Source: a virus | Taxonomy: Duplodnaviria; Caudoviricetes | DNA length: 49,744 nucleotides | Virus record (IMG/VR): IMGVR_UViG_3300032212_000019 | Coordinates: 1 to 49,744 of that record | Strand: one strand, 5' to 3' | Part shown: positions 43,898-49,744 of the stretch, in pieces | Layout of the letters: each line of letters begins with the position of its first letter | How positions within the stretch are numbered: position 1 is the first letter of the stretch | Position numbers and translations under genes: made by a program | The notes under the pieces: model-generated | What the model was told of the DNA's origin: nothing | What the model saw: the letters and a program-made list of their open reading frames with translations, nothing else | Databases searched by the model: none

Positions 43898-44236
43898 TTA
43901 GTTATTAGATAGTATTTTAATCTTTACAATACGAGGGGCTGTGCCTGATGTAGGCCCACCAATAGCAACACAACCGTCTACGCGGATATTCACAGTGTTA
44001 CCATTTGAGAATGATAGGTAAGCAAGTTCCATTAAGGTAGAGCCATTATCACCAGTCACCATACCTCGGTCTGATAGAGTACATCCTTGGTCAGGTACAG
44101 GGCTATTGAATATTAAGGTATGGGCACCAGTATCACGTATTGAGATTTGTTCTACCTTAATGCCATTCAAATTAGCAGGTAAGGCATATACAAGTGTAGT
44201 AACAAATAAAGTTAACGAGGCTAATAATGTTTTCAT
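43898..44236 (-). CDS. Secreted small protein with Cys pair
   Basis: Signal peptide MKTLLASLTLFVTTLVYA; 'GC', 'LAY....G..V.I...GC'. Confidence 0.65.
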   Translation of the reverse strand: MKTLLASLTLFVTTLVYALPANLNGIKVEQISIRDTGAHTLIFNSPVPDQGCTLSDRGMVTGDNGSTLMELAYLSFSNGNTVNIRVDGCVAIGGPTSGTAPRIVKIKILSNN

Positions 44237-44249
44237 GTTATATCTCCGG

Positions 44250-44618
44250 TTATCGTTTGTTCTTTAGTTTAGATTTAAGTTTACCCTTAGCACCTTCTTT
44301 GACTTGCTCAGGGCTTGCTGGTATAGCGGTCTGTATAGTGAACTCCTCAATGAGAGCCTCAATAACAGGTGAGTTAAGCATAGCATCTGCGTACGCATCG
44401 TCGATAGCATCTAGGGCTTCTGTTGTAAAATCAGCCGTAGGGTCTGGGTCACCAGCTTGAGGTTTATAACGGTCATTACCTTCCTCATCCTGAACAGGCA
44501 CAGTATACTTAAAAGAATCAGGAATACTTCTTACAGACGCACCTTCATACAAGTGTGATACCATCTGCTCATCTTTATGTGTGGCGATTATAATACCACC
44601 TTTAATTATCAACTGCAT
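44250..44618 (-). CDS. Putative tail-spike chaperone/accessory protein
   Basis: Directly downstream of the tail spike; AAGGA RBS. Confidence 0.5.
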   Translation of the reverse strand: MQLIIKGGIIIATHKDEQMVSHLYEGASVRSIPDSFKYTVPVQDEEGNDRYKPQAGDPDPTADFTTEALDAIDDAYADAMLNSPVIEALIEEFTIQTAIPASPEQVKEGAKGKLKSKLKNKR

Positions 44619-44627
44619 GATTTTTCC

Positions 44628-46397
44628 TTATGACTTGATATAAGACTCATCATTACCAACCGTATTAATCGCTGGTGATGCGTCAGTAGTATTACCAGAG
44701 AAGGTTGTCGAAGCTATACTTATGTACCCGCCGTATAGTGCGTAAGCCCCTGTGGTGCAGTTTGATACCTTCGCTCCTGTGCCACAATGGAACTTACCAA
44801 GTTGAGAATAAATCCCTGTTGTACAACCGGATACTCTGATTGCTGCACCTGACTTGAATACTGCACCTTCAAGTACACTAAATCCCGTTGTGCAGCCCGA
44901 CACTCTTGAAGTGTTACACTGTACGGATGTACCATTACTAACAGAAATGCCTGTAGCGCAGCCCGATACACATAAGCCCGTGCCCTTTGCCGTTGAGCCA
45001 GAATTTGTCCATAGACCAGTATTAGCGTTTGCTATCCCAACTGTATTATTCTCGAACGTAACGTGAGAGCCGTTGCTCTCCAGTCTTACGGCTGCATTTG
45101 CCCCCGCCCCGTTTCCTACAATAGCCATCTTCCCTATTTGACCTAGTTTACGACCATGCTCAATCCTGAATATCCCGAAGAAATGCTCGGTTGCTTGCAA
45201 CACTGTCTTTAGAACATTGATTGTTCCTGTAATTGCGCCAGATGGGGCAGTGGCTGTTTTACTTGGGACAGTAAGAGTTATTTGTGTTCCACTAGGCACA
45301 GCTGTAATTTCAAAACAACCCGCCATATCATCAGTATTAGTACCGCCCGATGGACTCGCAAATCTCACAAAGTCACCTATCGCAGCGTTTGTTGAGTCTG
45401 CTACATTACACACAACAGACCATGCACCAGCAGACCCAGAGGATGAAGCTACACTAGACATTGTTAAATCATGTGTATTAGTACCCATAATATGAATACG
45501 GTCACTATTGGGGTGCGTGATATATTTTTCTGATGCCACATTAAACGTCCCATCTTCAAGTAAAATAGTGACGGTAGCTGAGCTGCTTATTTCCACTCCA
45601 TCTAGAGAGTCCAGCGCATCAGATACATTTGTATAGTCACCTCCTGATGCCATAACATCAATTGTAGTGTCCGTATCGATGGTGGGGTTACTAATACGTT
45701 TCCATACGGCTGCGCCAGTAGATATATCTAAGCAAACATAAGCATTGTCATTAGTCACATCAATCCACTCAGAACCTACAGAATAGCCTTCGGTGGTGTC
45801 ATTAGTTTCATCTGGAGCTGCTGTAGCTACTAGGTTATCCTTAACAGCCTCATAAGTCCCCGCTCCAGTTCTACGTAACCGCCCTGTCTGAGAACCAGAG
45901 AAGTCGCTGTCCATTACAGCATTTGCAGCTTCTACATTAGTAGCATCTGTTACATCAGCTAGTGCTTCGATACCGTCCACTTTTGTCTGTAAGGCAGAAC
46001 CAGCTAATCCAGCAGGGGTGATAGTTCGCCCTGTATCTGTACCAGTATCTACCTCAGCAATAGTAGCCAGTTCTACTATACCTGCTACAGTATCAGAAGC
46101 CGCAGCTTCATCTCCTGTGTTAGTTCCAGTTATAGCATCTAGCTTAGTTTCATCAGCCGTTGTAAAAGATGCTGTAGTTGCATCAAGAACTGCACTGTGA
46201 GCTTGTACATCTGTGTTAATCTCTAACCCTAAGTTAGCCCGTGATGTACTCGCACTAGCTACATCGGAAAGGTTATTAGCAGACTCTAAATCACCAGCCT
46301 GTGCAGCTGAGATTTGGTCCTCTAAGTCGGTGAAGTTAGCATCTAACTCATCCTGTGTTAGAGGAGCACCCTTTGTACTTCGTTTAGTAATTGCCAT
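44628..46397 (-). CDS. Tail spike/fibre with right-handed beta-helix (possible depolymerase)
   Basis: 'NNLSDV', 'AGIVELAT..E..TG', 'GYSVGS.W' shaft motifs; C-terminal 'VSGCTTG' repeats. Confidence 0.8.
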   Translation of the reverse strand: MAITKRSTKGAPLTQDELDANFTDLEDQISAAQAGDLESANNLSDVASASTSRANLGLEINTDVQAHSAVLDATTASFTTADETKLDAITGTNTGDEAAASDTVAGIVELATIAEVDTGTDTGRTITPAGLAGSALQTKVDGIEALADVTDATNVEAANAVMDSDFSGSQTGRLRRTGAGTYEAVKDNLVATAAPDETNDTTEGYSVGSEWIDVTNDNAYVCLDISTGAAVWKRISNPTIDTDTTIDVMASGGDYTNVSDALDSLDGVEISSSATVTILLEDGTFNVASEKYITHPNSDRIHIMGTNTHDLTMSSVASSSGSAGAWSVVCNVADSTNAAIGDFVRFASPSGGTNTDDMAGCFEITAVPSGTQITLTVPSKTATAPSGAITGTINVLKTVLQATEHFFGIFRIEHGRKLGQIGKMAIVGNGAGANAAVRLESNGSHVTFENNTVGIANANTGLWTNSGSTAKGTGLCVSGCATGISVSNGTSVQCNTSRVSGCTTGFSVLEGAVFKSGAAIRVSGCTTGIYSQLGKFHCGTGAKVSNCTTGAYALYGGYISIASTTFSGNTTDASPAINTVGNDESYIKS

Positions 46398-46687
46398 TAT
46401 TCAAGTCCTACGTAGTCTGCTTCAACATATAAACCAGCACCTAATTCACCACCCTCATCTATAACATAAGGGCTAAGGGTAGCTGCATCATCATCGTATC
46501 GTACCCAAGGTACAGTTGTATCTTCTTTAGGCATACGGAACAGGTCAGATGGATGTCGCTTCTCATAATCCTTCTTACATACGTACAAGCCATCCCATCT
46601 CTTTTGGAGTTTAGATGACTTGAACTCAAATCCGCACACATCACAAACGGCATTCCATTCTTTACGTACACCTCTAGTTCTCTTCAT
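46397..46687 (-). CDS. Conserved zinc-binding virion-region protein
   Basis: 'CDVCGF..K...L..RWDGL.VC..D.E.RHP'. Confidence 0.75.
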   Translation of the reverse strand: MKRTRGVRKEWNAVCDVCGFEFKSSKLQKRWDGLYVCKKDYEKRHPSDLFRMPKEDTTVPWVRYDDDAATLSPYVIDEGGELGAGLYVEADYVGLE

Positions 46688-47259
46688 AAGAAGTCTTCAT
46701 CCCATTCGTCCCAAGCCCTACGAGTATTGATTGCAATAAACTCACACCACTCAGGAGACTTAAATACGGTTGAGTGTCCACTTATACTGGGCAACCCAAC
46801 TGTGTACTTTTCAGAGTAATTAGTAACAGTCTGGTCTTCTCCAGTATACCCTGTATTACCTTGGGCACCCCAGTTATGGAAAGGGATCCACTTAGCTGTT
46901 TCTGTAGCGGAGTCATCCTCATTGTAGTACACATGGGTCCAGTCACTAAGGGGGCCTGTGTCACTATCTAGGGCTGGGTTTATAAATACAAGGCCAGCAA
47001 ACTCACAATCTATAGAAGCCCGGTATAAGATGTCGCACCCATTAGAGTGACCAACACCTATATCACCTTCCTGTACAATGTCAGCTATCTTGTTAGCTGT
47101 CCATTGGTTTAAGAAGCGAACACCAAGGAAGAACCTCCAGCCATAATCATGTTCAATTATATCAAACCCATGTTTCTCTAGGTGAGGGATTAACCTATCG
47201 ATAGTTTCCTTACCATCATCAAAGACATTAAAACCATGTACGATATGAGCAGTAGGCAT
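46684..47259 (-). CDS. Alpha/beta hydrolase
   Basis: Oxyanion 'VHGFN', nucleophile elbow 'GHSNG', 'INPA', distal 'GHS' His. Confidence 0.8.
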   Translation of the reverse strand: MPTAHIVHGFNVFDDGKETIDRLIPHLEKHGFDIIEHDYGWRFFLGVRFLNQWTANKIADIVQEGDIGVGHSNGCDILYRASIDCEFAGLVFINPALDSDTGPLSDWTHVYYNEDDSATETAKWIPFHNWGAQGNTGYTGEDQTVTNYSEKYTVGLPSISGHSTVFKSPEWCEFIAINTRRAWDEWDEDFL

Positions 47260-47260
47260 A

Positions 47261-47821
47261 TTAAACCTTTAAGTCTTTAGTTGCTAGGAATAGGGGAAGT
47301 GTCAGAGCACTTGAGTCAGTCCATACCTCTGCTGGGATTTCATCAAAGTCTGTTGATAGTGCTTCTTTAACAGCAGCAGCTATCTGTATGGCACTAGGGA
47401 TATTTAGATCACCTAGATCGGCCTGAATCTGCGTAACAATAGATGCAACCTTGACAGGGAAGAACGGCTCAAATGTTTCTGGTACAGCGTAGGCTGTTTC
47501 ATAGTCATCTGAGAATAACGCACCTGTAATAGCAGTCTGTCTAGGATCAACAATCAACCGCCAACCGTTTTGAAGGAAATAAATATCACCAGCAAATTCA
47601 GAGTCTACTGTAGGATCGCCACCGATAGTTCGGATAGCAACATCACCAAGACCTGCATTAGTATTAAGGTTAAACCATTCCTTGTAGTCGGAATAAACGT
47701 CAGACTTAATATTTAACTCAGTAACGTCAGTACCAACAATAAGGTGCTTATTTATAGGGTCAACCCTAATTTTATGGTTAAGTAACCAATATTCCCAGAA
47801 TGATTCCGCAGCATGAAACAT
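47261..47821 (-). CDS. Conserved virion-module protein
   Basis: 'K.DVYS.YKEW', 'RTIGGDP', 'YFLQNGW'. Confidence 0.7.
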   Translation of the reverse strand: MFHAAESFWEYWLLNHKIRVDPINKHLIVGTDVTELNIKSDVYSDYKEWFNLNTNAGLGDVAIRTIGGDPTVDSEFAGDIYFLQNGWRLIVDPRQTAITGALFSDDYETAYAVPETFEPFFPVKVASIVTQIQADLGDLNIPSAIQIAAAVKEALSTDFDEIPAEVWTDSSALTLPLFLATKDLKV

Positions 47822-49737
47822 TAGCTATCAATCTCAGCCACATTAATTGAGCCGAAGAAGAATGATTTTGTACCAGCCTGTAGCGTTACACCTGCTGTTG
47901 CTGTTTCAGATGTAAATGATGTAGTGCTGCCATCAATTTCCTCTACTGTGAGAATAGTCGAAGTCACATTGGTAATAATGTAGTAACCATCATTCTGATT
48001 TGTGTCGCTGTTTCGTACATACATCATTTGACCAGCTACAAAACCTTCTGTATCAAAGTCTGTTCCTGCTGTTTTTGTAATGGTGTTACCTGCTGCCGCA
48101 AAGGTACAAGTCCAATCTGTTGCATCAGAACCGCCAATAATAGTTTCCATGTTCCAGCAGGTAAAGGAATAGCCATGAGTGCTTTGAGTAACACCATCAG
48201 CATCTAAATGGATATGCTCTTTGCGATAATCAAATACATCGGTAATATCTATATTCTCTGTGCTGTTAGGCGGGATAGCCCACATGCCTGTTTGAGTGCC
48301 TCGATTATCCATATCTAAGAACGCATCTTCGGTGTACTCAAGACTAGATTCTGTGTGGAAAGAACTCCAAGTAGGTGAGCCAATAAACTTAGCGTCACGT
48401 CTTGCTTGAACCCACATCGTGCTTGAGCCTTCGTTACTCATAGATAATCGAGTAGGAATAGCCACTTGCCTATTGGTGACACCGTTAACAGTTAGTGCTG
48501 GACGTAGTGCGAATAAAACACGCCCCGGATGCCAATTCATAATAGCTTTCTTGTACTTACCGCCATCTTGCTTTTCATTTGCGCGAATATGTCTAAAGTG
48601 AACCGACTCATTAGGCTGGAACTTACCCTCAGTCGATACCACAGAACACCAAACACGCATTTCAGATGTTGATCCAGTAGCTGCTGTATTCACAATCCCA
48701 TAATGGACGGGTAAAGAGCCAGTACGCATATAAGGTGCTGTATTAACATTGGCATTATTGAACTCATGGCAAGTATAACGAGTGCCATTCATTATTACGC
48801 CAAACCGAACGCGACCTGCGCCTAACCATTGCAAGTCAATCCAGTAGATGTTGTTTTTAGATACGTCTAATGTGAGGCCAGTAGGGTTAAACTCTCCCGC
48901 TTCCCCATTCATGCGGTCAATATTCCAGTCATCCTGATCAACAACAAGGTCACTAATAGTGGTGCTGCGAATCATAACTTGTAGCGTGGTATCTTGTAGC
49001 CTAAAGAAAAGACCATCAGTAGAATCGCCATAACCCCATACACGTGTAACGTCTGCTTTACCTGTATCACCAATAGCCAATGATTGTTGCAATAATTGTG
49101 ATTGCCCTAATTCATACTTATGGTACAAATGGGTAGTCATAGCGGCTCTGTCGCCATCTGCTGTTGTAGTGGCAAGTAAATTTGCGCCATGCGCTGGAAT
49201 ATGGGTTATAGTTGCCGCTCCATCTTCTTCTATATCCCACTCAAGAGGGCTTACCGCATACTTGCTCAGGTATTCGCCTAAGAAGGTAGCCTCTGATATT
49301 TGTTGCCTACCGAACGCATCAAAGCCCGGGCTACCACCAGCAAAAGTAACTTTAGCCGCGTTTTCATCCGTGATTTCTAGCGTATTAGTCATATTACTAC
49401 CACCAGCTATGACGTTCTGGGGGAAGTAATAAACAGACCTTGTTGTAGAGGAAACCGTTGCGTAAGTCTGGGCATCAATAATTATATTCTCGCCATTCAC
49501 TAAAGCTGGAGTTGCGGGAACAGGCTCATTGATACGAATATGTAACTCACCGGAAGCAGTAGTCCCGTCTACCTCTACAATAGTGCCTGTCCATGTAGAT
49601 GTAGAAAATGAAACGGCTAAATTTTCCGCAAAATCAATCGTGCCATTCTCGTAATAACATTCAATCATTACTGATGAAGGTGCTTTCTTGCCTTGCCCAT
49701 CAACAGGGAACTGGACAAATCCGTGAGTATTACTCAT
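47821..49737 (-). CDS. Large virion protein with lectin-like central domain
   Basis: 'DAFGR...S', 'Q..WN.D', 'IDLQWLGAGRVRFG', 'SLP'; C-terminal repeat shared with the 818-aa protein. Confidence 0.7.
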   Translation of the reverse strand: MSNTHGFVQFPVDGQGKKAPSSVMIECYYENGTIDFAENLAVSFSTSTWTGTIVEVDGTTASGELHIRINEPVPATPALVNGENIIIDAQTYATVSSTTRSVYYFPQNVIAGGSNMTNTLEITDENAAKVTFAGGSPGFDAFGRQQISEATFLGEYLSKYAVSPLEWDIEEDGAATITHIPAHGANLLATTTADGDRAAMTTHLYHKYELGQSQLLQQSLAIGDTGKADVTRVWGYGDSTDGLFFRLQDTTLQVMIRSTTISDLVVDQDDWNIDRMNGEAGEFNPTGLTLDVSKNNIYWIDLQWLGAGRVRFGVIMNGTRYTCHEFNNANVNTAPYMRTGSLPVHYGIVNTAATGSTSEMRVWCSVVSTEGKFQPNESVHFRHIRANEKQDGGKYKKAIMNWHPGRVLFALRPALTVNGVTNRQVAIPTRLSMSNEGSSTMWVQARRDAKFIGSPTWSSFHTESSLEYTEDAFLDMDNRGTQTGMWAIPPNSTENIDITDVFDYRKEHIHLDADGVTQSTHGYSFTCWNMETIIGGSDATDWTCTFAAAGNTITKTAGTDFDTEGFVAGQMMYVRNSDTNQNDGYYIITNVTSTILTVEEIDGSTTSFTSETATAGVTLQAGTKSFFFGSINVAEIDS

Positions 49738-49744
49738 ATTTAAC
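49618..49744. repeat. Terminal direct repeat (circular assembly overlap), copy 2
   Basis: Exact match to 1-127. Confidence 0.95.

Overview
The window is an apparently complete ~49.6 kb lytic tailed-phage genome; bases 1-127 are identical to 49618-49744, consistent with a circular assembly overlap. It has a two-arm podovirus-like layout resembling SIO1/VpV262-like (Zobellviridae-type) phages. The + arm (15.6-33.0 kb) carries early and anti-defence genes (SAM lyase-like, Tad2-like, Lar-like), a primase-helicase, a split family A DNA polymerase, SSB, exo- and endonucleases and a class II RNR. The - arm (14.6 kb leftward, through the junction, down to 33.0 kb) carries terminases, portal, GroES-like chaperonin, scaffold, capsid, a large appendage module, tail, lysis and internal virion proteins. 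No RNA polymerase, integrase, tRNA or CRISPR was seen. The most striking signals are non-coding. (1) The first early gene is preceded by a sigma54-type promoter with three NtrC-like boxes, a perfect 7-1-7 Fur box and two IHF consensus sites within ~180 bp. (2) A 17-bp palindrome, TTATACC-N3-GGTATAA, recurs about ten times at gene boundaries, often containing the ribosome-binding site or overlapping a -10 element. (3) Four sigma70 promoters share a downstream RGTATAG motif. All protein calls come from motif recognition by eye; no database search was run.
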